Shown one piece after another: positions 33,134-47,751 of a stretch of DNA of 64,000 bases (position 1 is its first letter; every line of letters starts with the position of its first letter). Both the position numbers and the translations under genes were made by a program. This stretch comes from Piromyces finnis finn (taxonomy: Eukaryota > Fungi > Neocallimastigomycota). The stretch spans positions 620,001 through 684,000 of the forward strand of contig MCFH01000021.1 of assembly GCA_002104945.1 (NCBI GenBank), read 5' to 3'. Under the pieces are notes generated by a model, which worked only from the letters and a program-made list of their open reading frames with translations, searched no databases and was not told the DNA's origin.

Positions 33134-33299
33134 CTTTAATATTATACTATTGGAACTTTTTTCATTTAATAAATTACTAAGAAATTCTGGTATTACTATT
33201 CTACTTTTAAAATTAATTATTAATTCATATATGATTAGTAAGATAATATACTTTAATTTTGATAAAATTAAATATATTACTAAAATATTTTAGTAAATG

Positions 33300-34100
33300 A
33301 ATATGATGGATTACAAGTTTTTACAAATGTATTTCATTCATATTTCTATTCTTAATTTTGAAGTGTTTAAAAATTCATCTTCAAATTGTATTATTTCTTA
33401 TCTAGTCAATTATATTCTTTAATTTAAAAAGTATACATAATACAAATTGTGATCTAAATATTAAGTTAAAGAAAAACCGATAAAAGCATCTATTGGATAG
33501 ATCTCAAAGAAAAATCAATCAAAGAATAGTTTTATGATGGTAGTATATTTGAAGAAACTAAAAAATTTTATATATGGCATATACTGTTTATTGAAAGAGA
33601 AAAACCAATATATGTTGTTAAAGTTTTTAAATCCGCTAAATTAGTTGATCCAAATTGTCTAAATTACTTCCTATAATAATTATCAATGTATTAAATAGTA
33701 ATTAATTGGATGTCCCATTTTATTAATATTTGTAATAATAATCATTTTTAAATAGTACTATTAATAATGGTAATGTTAATGATAGTAACAATAACACTAT
33801 TGACAACGACTATAATATTATTTTAATATATTAGTAGAATTTAATTATTAACTAATAAAAATTAACCAGAATATGTGATTTCAATTAAGTATTATGTGAG
33901 AAAACTTACGGCCACATAATATAACCAATGCTTCCCTAAGAAGAAACCTACGCAAAGTTTTTGATACTAATTATAAATTCTTGGAAACATTTATCTTGAA
34001 ATTTTTCAATAACTTGTCATGATGGGCATTCTTATTGATGGTATCATCATCAACCCACTTTTGCCTTAATCCAGAATCCAGGAATGTTATTAGATATAGC
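33300..34100 (+). pseudogene. Highly decayed LINE relic (post-RT region)
   Basis: Patches match family 1: TCAAATTGTATTATTTCTTATCTAGTCAATTA, ATTGGATAGATCTCAAAG, GCTAAATTAGTTGATCCA. The boundaries are approximate. Confidence 0.55.
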
Positions 34101-34475
34101 AGTCCTTTTAATCTTTTTTTTCTTCTGGTATTCAGTACAAGTTATAATAATGATAGTATAATTTATTGTTCTATTAAAATTAATAATTATAATATATATA
34201 TTCATGATAAATACATAAAAAGATTTTCTTTCAAACACAAAAATGATATTCAATATAATAAATATAAGAAAGTATTATTGTTATAATAATATAAAATAAA
34301 AAATAAAATTAAATATCTTTATTATTATTATTCTATTAATAAAATATTATATATATTATAAATAATTGTTATTTTGAATATATAATAAATATTTTATTCT
34401 TTTATCTATATATGTATTCATACAACATAAATATATAATAAATATTATATTGCAATATTTATTATTTATTCAAGT

Positions 34476-34480
<5 letters not shown>

Positions 34481-34533
<53 letters not shown>
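34481..34533. repeat. (TTA)n microsatellite
   Basis: Pure TTA run read directly. Confidence 0.95.
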
Positions 34534-35166
34534 GAAAAATAATATTTATAATTAAATATTGTATAAGCCAATCAAAATTAAATATTAATTTTATGTTTAA
34601 AATACTTATATAAAATTATTAAATTAAATAGCAATTTTATATTTTATTAATTATACCAAAATATATAGTTTTAAACATAGCTAAAATGGATAAGGTTAAT
34701 TGAAATAAAAAGTGAAATACAAATGATATAATTTGAAATATAGCAATAATTATTTGAAATTCCAATAATTACAATTATAATTAAGTTGCTTTAATTTTAT
34801 TATATAATAAATAGATTAATTATTATAATTACATAATTAATAATGTTCAATCCATCTTATTATTATTATTATTTTATTGTGAAGAAAAATACATGAAAAA
34901 TTAAATTAATAAATTTTCTTTCCAATTATATTTCTATTAAAATAGAAATATGTAATATGATAATTGAATCACTATTATTTTAAAGAAATATATATATAAG
35001 ATAGTTTAAATTAATAATATTTAATAAAATAATAATAATGAATATTAAAAAAAATAATAATAATATAATTATAAGAATTATACTTATTAATGTGCTAATT
35101 TTTAAATTTTTATAATATAATTTTAAATCACCTTTATATTACTTTGTCTTAAATATTTATTGAAAG

Positions 35167-35975
35167 AACGGAAGAGGTGGAAACAACAATAACAAAAATA
35201 GAGGAAAAATGCAAAATCAAGATCGTCCAAAGGTATATCATAAAGATAAAATTCTTCTTTACTACAAAGTTATAAAATTAAACCAAAATATAAATTTTAA
35301 TTTAGACGAAAGAAAATATTTTAGATTTATCAAGATATATGGATAAAAGAGTTAGAGTTAAATTTAATGGTAAACGTGAAGGTAATATTATAAGAAAAAA
35401 AGAAAGAAAGAAAAAGAGAAAAAAAAATAAAAATAGATAATATATATAATTTTTACTAATATATGAAAAATGAAGTTTTATTTTGCATAAATATTTTTTA
35501 ATACTCATATTCTTTTATCATTGAATATCTTTATATATAAACTATGATAATAATCTATTTAATTTTATACAGTAACTGGAATTTTAAAAGGATTTGATCA
35601 ATTATTAAATATTGTTTTGGATGATACAAAAGAATTTCTTAGAGGTAATTCAAACAAATATATATTATATTAATGATAAAAGTTAATTACTTTTTTTTAA
35701 AAAAAAAAATAAAAATAATTTTAAATTTTATATAAATTTATATATTCAATAAAATGCTTTTTTTTATTATTATTATTATTATAATTATTATTATTATTAC
35801 TATTATTATTAAATGACCTCAATTTTAAAATATATTTTCATATAAAAAAGATGAAGAATTAAACATTACTGACGAAACAAGAGATCTTGGTTTAGTTGTT
35901 TTAAGAGGAACAGCTATTATGACTGTTTCACCTGATGAATTAGTAGAAATTAGTAATCCATTTATTAAGGCTTAA
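35167..35975 (+). CDS. LSM7: U6 snRNA-associated Sm-like protein LSm7 (multi-exon; start codon unresolved, possibly ATG 35209)
   Basis: Exons 35167-35232, 35306-35381, 35573-35644 and 35851-35975 splice in frame to KENILDLSRYMDKRVRVKFNGKREVTGILKGFDQLLNIVLDDTKEFLRDEELNITDETRDLGLVVLRGTAIMTVSP, the LSm7 Sm1/Sm2 pattern. Confidence 0.9.
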
Positions 35976-36577
35976 TTTTATATATAACAAATTATTAAAG
36001 TTCAGAATCAATATTTATATATATAATTTAAAGTTGAAAAAAAAAATGTAAATCAATTATGAAAAAATATAATTTCATTAAATTCATTAAGCTATATTCA
36101 AAAACGAAATGCATAATATATAATTGTATAATTATCTGTTTCTATAAATTAAATAAGAAACAATATAAATTAATCATTTTCCATTATTTATAATCATAAC
36201 ATATTTCAATAAAATCTATGCAAATGCAAATAATTATTTATTAATAATATACATATCTATTGAGTGATATTATGAGTTTAATTTTATTATTTTATTTATT
36301 TATTTATTTTATTTAAAAATATGATTATTAAATAATAATTATAAAATAAATATATATTCATATATTGATAATTTTTAATAGAATAAACTACATATAAAAA
36401 ATAAAATAATAATAATAAATATAGAATAATAATAATAATAACAATAATATAGAAAAAAAAAAAAAATTAAAAAATAAACCATAATATAAATAACGTTAAT
36501 GTAAAATCTATCTTTTAATTGAAATTGCTATATAAATTATTTATATACTATTGATAATGATTAGTGATATATACTTT

Positions 36578-39500
36578 TTAAAAATCAAGTAATGTATTAA
36601 ACCATTTATCCGTTAATTGATCAATCATTAATTCACATTTAGTTTCAGGAAGTGAAGTATCAGATAAATCTTGATAATTTTGTTCTTGATTATTAAATTC
36701 TGGAATATCTTCTTTAAGAACTTTATACTTTCTTTTTTCAACTAAAAGTTCATTATAAATATAATATGCGGTCATTAAATTTTCCTTCATAATTTCTAAT
36801 CCTTGTATTATCTTCTCATTATTACATGTTTTAGTTGCATTTACTTCCTTCTTTTTGTCGAATATTCTATTCATTAATTCACCAATTTTATTTAAATTTT
36901 TATTAATTTCAGGTATATCAAGACTAGATTCATTACTTTGAGTAAATGAAGAATTCATAATATCAGAAGAATTATTATCAAAATCTATTTGTTCTGATGA
37001 ATTAAACAACTTATTTTGATAATATTTTAATTGTTTATTTGATGATTTTTGAATTAAAAAGTTATCATTAAATCCAATAAAATCTAAATAAAGGCCCCCA
37101 TTAAGTTTCCAATTTTTCATTTTATTGTTTGGATTTTCTTTAATTGATTCCTTTTGATTGAGAATATCTAATATATTATAGAGTAATTCATGTTTATTAT
37201 TAATAATTAAATCAGCCGCTAACTTTTCTGAAATTAAACGATGAGCTTCTTCATACTTTTCACAATCAATAGTATAACATATTTCTCTTATAATATCATT
37301 ATTATATTTTGCTCTAATACGTTTAGCATCATAAATCCAAATTTTTGGTATTTGTAAATTATCAACTAAGAAATGCCAATAATCAATATTGTTTTTATTT
37401 TTATTTTGGCTATTCTTTACACCACTTCTATTTATGTATTTCACTTCAGGATAATGGTTTATAATATAATTTATTGTAGAAACACCATCATCATTTGAAT
37501 CTAATGGGAAATATTTTACAAGTATTCTTCTAATCATTATTTCTCTTTCTGAGGAATTTTTAATATGCATAGCAACAAAGCAAGCCCATTCCCATATTCC
37601 AATACTTTCTAATTGGAATATATATGAATATATTAATTTATTGTCATATCTTTCTTTCTCTCCTTTTTCAATATTATTTTGAGGTAATAATTGATTCAAT
37701 ACCCAACTTATTCTATAATCTAATTTGGAATTAGAATTGTTCTTTGGAAGTAATATCTTAGATCTCGAACAACCTTTATGAACGTAATATTTGAAAAGAT
37801 AATATACTATATCTTCTTTGTAATTAAGTAAAATTGGATTAATTGATCTGTCAAGTTCTAGTTTTCCCATTAATTCATCAAATTCATCTAAAGCTTCAGA
37901 GAATGAAAGTGAACCACCATTTTTAAACCAGAAAATTAAACCTATAACTTGCTTCCAATCTACAAGATCCTTTAATAATGATGTTTTAATTTGACCGCTT
38001 ATAACATTTAATATGTTATTTAAATCATTATCATTTTCATCAAAACCTTCTTCTTTACGCCATATATCAACTTGATGCTTAATCATATTCATAAAATCAT
38101 TATCTGTTTTTCCTGAACCAGGAACACCACGACCTATTATCTTCCTTTCATTGATATCTTCATTACAACTTGCTTGTTGAGATATTAAAAGAGCTAATCT
38201 ATTTTCTTTGTATTTAAGAGCCTCTTTGCATGCAATATTTTTCATATTTCCTGTCAGATATGTAAATATTAACTTATTAACTAATTCTTTGAATTTATTT
38301 GGATTTTCTTTATCTTCTCCTGAATTTTTTATTTCTTCCAATTTAATCTTTATTTCCTCTAATAATAGGTTTACTAAATCATTTAACGAATCTTTTAACC
38401 ATTTACCTATACTTTGCTTTTGTTTCATTTCAATAATATATTGTTTTTGATTACTACTAAGAATATCTTCACATTCTTCTAATTCTTCTATTTCATTTTT
38501 ATCGTAAAGTATTTGGCATAATTTCCACATTAAAATTTCATTTTTATTATAAGAATTATTATTAATTACATTTATTATATTAGCAAAAGGTTTATTTGAT
38601 TTTTCTTTAATTGCATATGGATTAGTTATTATAAGTTCTGAGTTTTCATTCAAATTATTCTTGTCATGGCCTATCTTTGTAAATTTTAATAGAGTATTTA
38701 ATAATATAACATGATTTACTCTATCTGGTTCAAAACTAATTTTACTTATATTAATAGCACCTAGTTGAATCTTATCATTACTTGTAATTGTATTATTTGT
38801 ATTAATAGATGGAATTGTAATCAAATTGTTTTGACCCCATCCAACTCTAAAACTTCTACTCATAAATATTAATTCTTTTGTAATTCTATAATTTTCATTA
38901 TTTTTATTAATTTCGGAATTTTCAGTAAAAATACTATTTTTATACAATGGTATATTTTCTAAATTATATTGAATTATTTCTAATTTATTTAAATATTCAG
39001 GTGAAACGTCCTAATTTATTAAAATAAACAAAAAATTATATAATACATATACAAAATTATTATGAAAAATTATTATTTTACTTTATAGTTTTGAACTTAA
39101 ATATTATAATATTATACTTACATTTACATCTAATGATTCACTTTCTTCATTTCTTGAATTAATTTTCTTTGTTTTTAAAGAAAATACTGGTGCGTCATTA
39201 TCGATACGGTTTTTAACCAATTTCTTATCTTCTTCAAAATTTTTTTTAAATCTATTTAAAACTTTTATGTCTACTTTAGATTTATTTTTAATCTTATTAG
39301 TATCTTCTCTATTATTTGAACTTAATTTTTTTAGTTTTTCAATTCTTTTATTCATCCTGGTTTTGTTTATTGGAATAATTTCTTCTGAATAATTAATTGG
39401 TTTCAAAGAATAATATTTTCCTCCATTGTTATTGAATCCAAATATACTAACATTCATAACTTGTAGTTTTTTTGCATTTTCCATTGTATCAAAACAATAT

Positions 39501-40298
39501 TTCATAGAATCTAATTTATTTTTCTGTTTTATATCATCTTCGCTTAAATCCTCAGTTATAACTAATGGTTTATTGTTTTGTTGGTTTATTACTGTATTTT
39601 TATTATTTACATCATTTTCACTTGAATAATCATCATCCGTACTTATTAAACCATAACCTCTATTAAGATTACCACTAATTGCCTTTTTTATTACTATATC
39701 TTTTTTATTATTAACCATTATTTTTTCAAATTCATCATCATCATCATCATCATCAGTAAATAATCCATATTTAGTAAAATGTTCAACTCTAAAAGTCCAC
39801 TTTCCTTGTATAGCTTCATAATCAATAAACTCGGTGTCTTTAATATTTTTTAAATGTAATAAATGTTTCTTATATAATGGAAGTGATGAATCAAGTATTG
39901 GTTTTCCTGTGCTTTTGTCTTTTGCCCAACAACCATACAATTCAATTATGGCTGGTTGATTTAGTCCATGTCCTACTTCAGGCTTAATCCTATCATCTGG
40001 ATAAACTGTACATGATTTTGATTGAATAATAATAATATTACCAAAAATATATGGAATGTTTTCTCTTTTTTTATTATTACATGCACTTAACAAATCAACC
40101 GGTTTTAAGAACTTTAGACTACCAACATTCTTTACATAAACTTCAAGATTTTTAATATTACTTAATTCTTCATCTGTCATATTTAATAATTGTGAAATTG
40201 GAGGGTTGACTTCATATTCAGTATTAATAGAAACTCTTTTATTAGATAATTTTTTGCTAGTTGTTTCAATTAATCTAACTGGCTTTTCATTTTCATTT

Positions 40299-40380
<82 letters not shown>

Positions 40381-43260
40381 AAGTGTCTGAATCTTGGAAT
40401 AATTTCATACTATTCTTAAATTTAGTTTCTTTATTTTTTGTTTTATTCAAATATTCTTTTTCTTCAATTCTCAATTTTTCTGTCTGTTCTTTAATTTCTT
40501 TTAAAGAAATTTCATCTTTAAATTTACTTTCTTTTAATTCCTTTTCATAGTCATCAAGTAATTTTTGTATATCTTTACTAATTCTATTATTTTTCTTTTT
40601 ACTTGTAAAATTATTATTGTTATTTTCATCTTCACTAAAACTACTTTCTGTATCTTGAACATCACTATTATATTGACGTATTTTTATCTTTGAATTAGTT
40701 TTTTTAATAACAATTACTGAATTTGTTTTCTTGTTTAATGGTTTATCTTTTTCAATTATTGGAGTAATTTGAGGCTCTTTTTTATTACCATTACCATTAA
40801 TTTGGTTTTGTTCCGTTTTCTTTCCAAGTATATTATTTGAAGCTATTGTTGAATTATTAGAATTTGAAACAGTAGCTGTGTTACTTTGGGCAGAAGGGTT
40901 TGAAGTAGGATTATAATTTATACAGCTGTATTGAGGTAATTGTTTTGAAGTACTAGTATTATTAATGTTTGTTTGAGCTGTTGTCGTAGTTAATGGTGTT
41001 GCTAGTGTAAAAGAAGAAGTATTTGGTTTACCAAATAACGAATTAGTTGTACTAAGTGAACTTGTTGTTGTTGTTGCTTGTGTGAAAGTAGAAGCATTTG
41101 GTTTACCAAATAGTGTATTATTTGTACCAAATGAGCTTGTTGTTGTTGCACTTGATGTGTTAGTTGCTCCGAAACCAGTAGATGATTTGAGTCCAAATCC
41201 AGTATTATTTACACTTGTTGGATTACTAGCATTATTGCCAAAAAGCGAATTTGACTGAGTGCTAGTTGAATTTGTTTGTCCAAAGATGCTTGTGCTATTA
41301 TTATTTGTAGTACTTCCAAACAAAGAAGACTGATTATTATTTACAGAAGTATTATTTTGTCCAAATAATCCATTTGTTTGTGTATTAGTATTATTGTTAC
41401 CGCTAAGCTTAAAACCACTCGAAAATGATGATGTATTATTTGATGATTGACCAAATGCATTATTTGTAGAATTATTTGATCCAAAAGCAAATCCAGAAGA
41501 TTGATTCGATCCAAATGTATTATTTGAATTATTTAATCCAAATGCATTATTGTTTGTATTATTATTTGATCCAAATGCATTATTCGAGTTATTATTTAAT
41601 CCAAATGCATTATTTGAGTTGTTATTTGATCCAAATGCATTATTCGAGTTGTTGTTTAATCCAAATGTATTATTCGAGTTATTATTTGATCCAAATGTAT
41701 TGTTTTGATTATTATTTGATCCAAATCCTGTACTTCCAAACATATTTGAATTTGAACCAAAAGAATTTGTAGATGGTTTGTTAAATGCACTGTTTCCAAA
41801 AGAAGATTGACCAAATAATGAACTATTATTATTATTGCTATTATTTGTTCCAAAACTAGTACTTCCAAAGCCAGAACTTCCAAAACCATTATTTCCAAAA
41901 CCATTATTTCCAAAGGAACTTGAATTATTTGTAGAAAAAGCATTATTATTACTATTATTACCAAAACCTCCAAAGCTTGAAGTGTTTTGATTACTATTTC
42001 CGAATGAACTTGAACCAAATCCTGAATTTGAATTATTCATGGATGAACCAAATGTATTATTTTGATTATTCATACCACTAAATGAAGTTGACGATCCAAA
42101 TGCAGAAGTATTACCTTTAAATAACAGATTTTATAAATTAAAAATATACATTTAAAAGAGAATTAATTACAAATAATAATAAAAACTATTCATTTATTAT
42201 ATCAAAAAATATAAACATGATTTTCTTATTTACTCATTCCCATTGATGGTCCTTTTTTTCCTAACATATAATCTTTTACACGTAATTCCTACATTGTTTT
42301 AAAATTAAATTAATTATAATTATATATATTAATTTATTTAAGCATTAAATTATTTTCATTAAAAATTTTATAAAAATAATTCACCTCAAAAGAGTAATTT
42401 CTATATGCCGGCATTGCTGATATACTATTAAAGTTTACACTAGCAAATGAGGTTCCATCTTTTTCTACTTGTTGCTGATATTTTGGATTTCCTGTTCCAT
42501 TATTACCATTCATATTATTATTATTATTACCAAAGCCTATAAATACAATTCAAAATAAATTCATATATTTTTAATTTGATTTTAAAAATTAATAATAAAT
42601 CTTAATTTATTAATTATTTGATTGATTTGATTAAAAACATATTCATGTATTTATAAAAAATTTGTAAAATCTGATTAATTTACCACCAAATGAAGAATTG
42701 TTTGAACCAAATGAATTTCCAAATGTTGAATTATTATTCATTGAACCAAAAGAATTCATATTATTGCTACCAAATGCTGATGAATTATTTCCAAAACCCG
42801 TTTTATTAAAAGCTGATGTATTAGAATTACCAAAACTGCTACTTCCAAAACCAGATGAATTAGTATTTCCAAATGAAGAATTACCAAAGGCAGAAGAATT
42901 ATTGATTGAATTTCCAAATGATCCAAAAGATGATGTATTATTATTTTTTCCGAAAGCTGAATTACTTCCAAAACCTGTATTTCCAAATGCTGATGTACTA
43001 TTACTGCTTCCAAAACCTGAACTACTTCCAAATGTAGAACTTCCAAAACCAGTACTTCCAAAGCTTGAAGAATTGTTACTGCCAAAGCCTGAATTTCCAA
43101 AAGCAGTTTTTGAGGAATTACCAAATCCAGTACTTCCAAATGCTGAGGAGTTATTATTATTGTTGTTGTTGCTACCAAACATTGAATTGTTATTGTTGTT
43201 ATTGTTACTTCCAAATGCATTGGAATTATTTCCAAATGAGAAAGATGTATTACCAAACAT
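36578..43260 (-). CDS. NUP98: Nucleoporin Nup98-Nup96 precursor (Nup145/Nup189 orthologue)
   Basis: Exons 43260-42684, 42536-42385, 42288-42234, 42114-39122 and 39010-36578 splice in frame. FG repeats; GLEBS motif (FNSISAMPAYRNYSFEELRVKDY); autoprotease domain ending WTFRVEHFTKYGL; Nup96 region (IGIWEWACFVAMHI). Confidence 0.93.
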
Positions 43261-43712
43261 GGCAATATGTATTTATGAGATTTATTATTACTTCAATTCT
43301 TTAATCAAACAAATAATCTTTTAAAATATTAATATTCAATAATTTAAATTTAACTGATTGAAAATAAAATATTAAACATAAAATTTATAATAAAAATAAT
43401 ACCAATAAATTCAATAATTTAATGGATTATCAATACTATATTTTTTATTATTATTTTATACTTATTTTGTTAAAAAAATAATATATTTTTATTTTTTTTT
43501 TTTTATTTTTTTTTTTTTTTTATTCTTTAATTTTTTTTAATTGTTACATTAATATATAAATTAATACATTAAATTACATTACATTGAATGAACATTGAAA
43601 GATTATAATTAATTATAATTCAACATATTAAAATAAATAAATAAATTTTTTGTAAATAAATAAAATCTACAGTAGTAATAAGAATTTGAAATTAAAATAA
43701 AAAATGTATTTA

Positions 43713-46700
43713 TTAAATAGTAACTTTTTCTTGAATAAATAATGAATTTAAATACTGAACCAGTTGTAGTATGAAGTTTTTTGAGAAAGTTCTATCAATA
43801 TGTGTTGCTAACATATCAGGAATCCTATTATGTAAAACCCATAATTTTTTAGTTGTTTTCTGTATTAACTCCTATTATTAAATTAAAATTTGTTAATATT
43901 ATTTTAAACATTAGATATTTAAATATCATATATGTATATATATATATATATATATTTATTTAATATATATAATACCTTATTTTCAGATTTCGAAACTTCA
44001 TCAATGAAACCAAAGCAATGAAAATAAATAGATATACGATAATAAATTTCTTGAAAATCAGTACTATCATTAAGATTATATATTTTTTCGTCATAAAGTA
44101 ATGTATCCTCAACAAATTTTGATATCGGGTATAATTTATTATTATCAAACAACTATATAATGATGATATTTACAAAAGTAATATATTTATTAAAATTAAT
44201 AAAAAATATGTATTGCGTATCTTTATGTATTTAGAATATATTACATCATTAAATAAACTTGGCTTAATAAATAATTTTGCAATGGAGGACTTAAATTTTG
44301 TTATTCTTGGATGACAATCTGAAAACGTAAATATTGTTAGTATATGATGTTGGTATATTATAGATTGATTATAGAAATAGAGAAATAGTTTTGCTAAATT
44401 TGATGACTATTATTATATTATATTATATTATATTATATCATATATATATTATTAATTATATTAATCATAAAATATGAATTATATATTTATTGGCTACTAT
44501 ATTTTACTTCTTTTTCCCAGGTTTTAACATCTAGACTTTGAACAATATGTTTTATGGTATATTGAAGCACATCTTTTATGTTTTTAACATTATTATCCAT
44601 GTATAAAATAGAAATTAAAAAAATAATTTCACTTGGATAAAATTCTATTTTATTATTTATACTATATATAATATATTGTTATTATATTATTAAAAATAAG
44701 ATTATACACTTCTTATTTTAAATATTAACATACCAAAATATTGAAAGTAATTCTATTAATTCGATAACTATTCTAATATTTTTAATAGGAAGAAATGAAT
44801 ACTCGTTATTTATATTTTTTTTAATTTGATCTTGAAACTCTTCATTATCTAAAACATTATATTGGATAGTATTACAAAGTGCAAACTCTTTAATTGAATC
44901 TGCATAATTATCAATTTCTTCGTATATTTTTTTGTTATCAGATTCTAAATTATCAATGCTATTTTTAATTTTATTAATTTGTTGATCATATTCCTTCACT
45001 CTAAAACCATAATATGATAATATTCTCTTAAAGAAATCCACGGGAGAATATAATAATTTAATTAATTTTTGATCAGTTATTGCTTCTACTGCATTATCAT
45101 AATCTCCATATATTTTATTATATATTTCCTATTATTATATTAGAAAATACAATAAATATTAATGTACTATTAATAATGTTATTTAATAAGATTTTAATAA
45201 TATTTTCTTTTTTTTTTTTAACCTTTCTCAAAAAAAGTTCTTTAATTGATATCATTGCACTTCTTGAATAGGCAATATTACGCTCAAAGCAAACAATTTT
45301 CAACAATAATTCAAGGTAATTATCTTTGAATGTTTTTATTTTATCTTTAAAATAAATATAAAACAATTTCTGAGAAATGATTAATTTACACATCGAAATA
45401 TCTTGAGATTGAATATTATAAATATATATACTATTAATATACAAAATAATAATTTTTTAAATTATAAATATAAAATATACAGTTAATATCTACCAGTTAA
45501 ACACATTTCATATAAATTTTTGTTTTTTTTTTCTTTATTATTTCTTAAATATTTTGTATTTGAACTATCAGAATTTTTTACTGTAAGTTCATTATACCAA
45601 TCATTAAACTGATTCCTGAAATCTGGAAATATATTAATAATAATCATTGAAAACTTTTTTTGTTCTATATTCATAAACTCTTTCAATTCTTTTGTTTCTT
45701 TTTTCGTTAATGGTATATCGTCGTCATATATATTAGAAAATAAATTTGACGATGATTGTTCATTATTTTGAATTTCTCTGCTTTTATCTGGATTTTCAAT
45801 ATTTGACTCCTAGTTAATTTTTTATAAAAATTAGCTAATTAAGTTTATGTTTTATTTATAAAAATATGTTTAGAATGTACTTACATATTCTTTTTCAAAT
45901 TTATCAAAATCAAAATTAATAAATTTATCAATATCATCTTTATGTTTTATTTCATCTTTTAAATTAAATATTGGTTTCAATTTTTTATTCGAATTCTCAT
46001 TATTTCTTTATATATAATAAGATAATAAGGAAAATAAAAATTGATATTAATAAAGTTAAAAAATATTGATATTATTTATATATTCGTACATTGATGTCTC
46101 AGCCTTCCTCTTTTCAACTCCTTTGTTAGTATTTCTTAACTTTTTATATTTACTACTATCATCTATTATCTTGTTATCCATAGGATTTCTTTTATTTTCT
46201 TCATCTTCTTTGTTATTCTCCTCTATTAAATCTATTTTCTCATTCTCAATTCCAAATAAACTTTTTATAAAAAATATTAACATTATATTTATATAAATAT
46301 AATACATATAATACATATATAATATATAATATAAAATTCCATTACTTATTCACAGTTTTATCCATAGATAATAAATCTAATTCATCAGATGAATTATCAC
46401 TTTCAATTTCTGAAAATGTTCCTTCTAAGCTATTTTTAACGATAGTACAATTATCTTCATTTCTATTAAATAAACAATTTTCTTCTAAATTTTCTTCAAT
46501 CATCATTTTACTATTGTTGACATCTTTATTTGAAATTTTGTTATCTAAATCACCATCCTTTATTATAATTTCATTATCTTTGATAACTTTCATTGACATT
46601 TTATTATCTATTTCATCCTCAATTGTTTCGTCATTACTATTCATATCTATTCCAATTTTTTTTAATGCTTGTTGTAATTTTAATTCTATTTGAGAAATGT

Positions 46701-47751
46701 TTTTTTTAATATTGGTATATGAATCAATTGAATTATCTTTTAAACTATCTTTAGTAAAATAGTTTACAATTAAATTATTTTGAAGTGGTTGTTCTTCATT
46801 ACTTTTATTATTAGTTTTATTTTTTTTTTCTTTAGTTATATTATTTAAATTAGTACTTTCAAATGGCTTTTTAATCTTATTGGAGTTAACAGGAATATTA
46901 TCATTTTTTTTAATAAAATAACATTCAATTGAATTCTGAATTGTTTTATTTTTTTCTGGAGTTCTATTATTCTTTTCTGGGGTTTTGCTATTCCGCAAAC
47001 CATTATTATTTGAAAAAGTATTAAAATGAGCATTAAATGATTTATTTCCTTTTATTTTTGTCTTTATTTTATTAGATCTTAAATCATCTTCTATTATTTC
47101 TTTACTAAAATATTCCTCAAATAAATTTCTTTTTACCAATTTTTCATTCTTATTATTAGTATTATTATTTAAATCATCATCTGAATCTATATATATAACG
47201 GGAGTTGAAGTATATCCAATATTAGAAGGAGTGTATTCATCTAAATCAATAACCTCACTTTAATATAAATGAAAATTAAAATAATTGATTTTTTGTATTA
47301 CTTATTTACTACTTATTAATGTATATACTACACAAACCTTTTCCTTTTTGTTTCTTTTTTTTTTTCTGGTGTATTAAATCTTTTATAAAATAACATATAC
47401 AAAAAGAAGTTACAATTTAAAAAACATTATATTCAATATAATTCTATTCTTTTTTTAATTTAATTATATTTCAAAATTTACATATAGAATTTTATATTAT
47501 ATAATTATTGAATATTAATTATACCTAATATCATTATTACTGTTATTGTCATCATCAATAACTATTACATTTTCCGTTTTTTTTTTTTGTAAATCCATAG
47601 CATTTATTTTTTCTTTATTTAATTCATCAATTTGACAATATATATTTGATTCCGATATTTCTTTTTCAAAAATAAATAAATGTCTTCTTTTTAATTTTGG
47701 TGTATTATGTATTTTTTTTATTATATCTTTATCTTTTTTATTATCTTTCAT
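43713..47751 (-). CDS. Multi-exon protein with disordered N-terminal half and helical C-terminal domain; tentatively SLF2/Nse6-like (Smc5/6 loader)
   Basis: Many GT-AG bounded exons, including ORFs 46342-47139, 45483-45686, 45118-45444, 44718-45041 and 43919-44152. Segments EIIFLISILYMDNNV...KTWEKE and LHNRIPDMLATHIDRTFSKNFILQL resemble the SLF2/FAM178 C-terminal pattern as recalled. The gene is well supported; the identity is tentative and the exon model partial. Confidence 0.45.

Noticed and set aside
39082-39095. Possible micro-exon in NUP98
   Set aside because: It would need a 26-nt intron; the direct 39122 to 39010 splice is already in frame.
41002-43324. Several overlapping ORFs in the Nup98 FG region
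   Set aside because: Shadow frames of low-complexity FG/Asn coding sequence.
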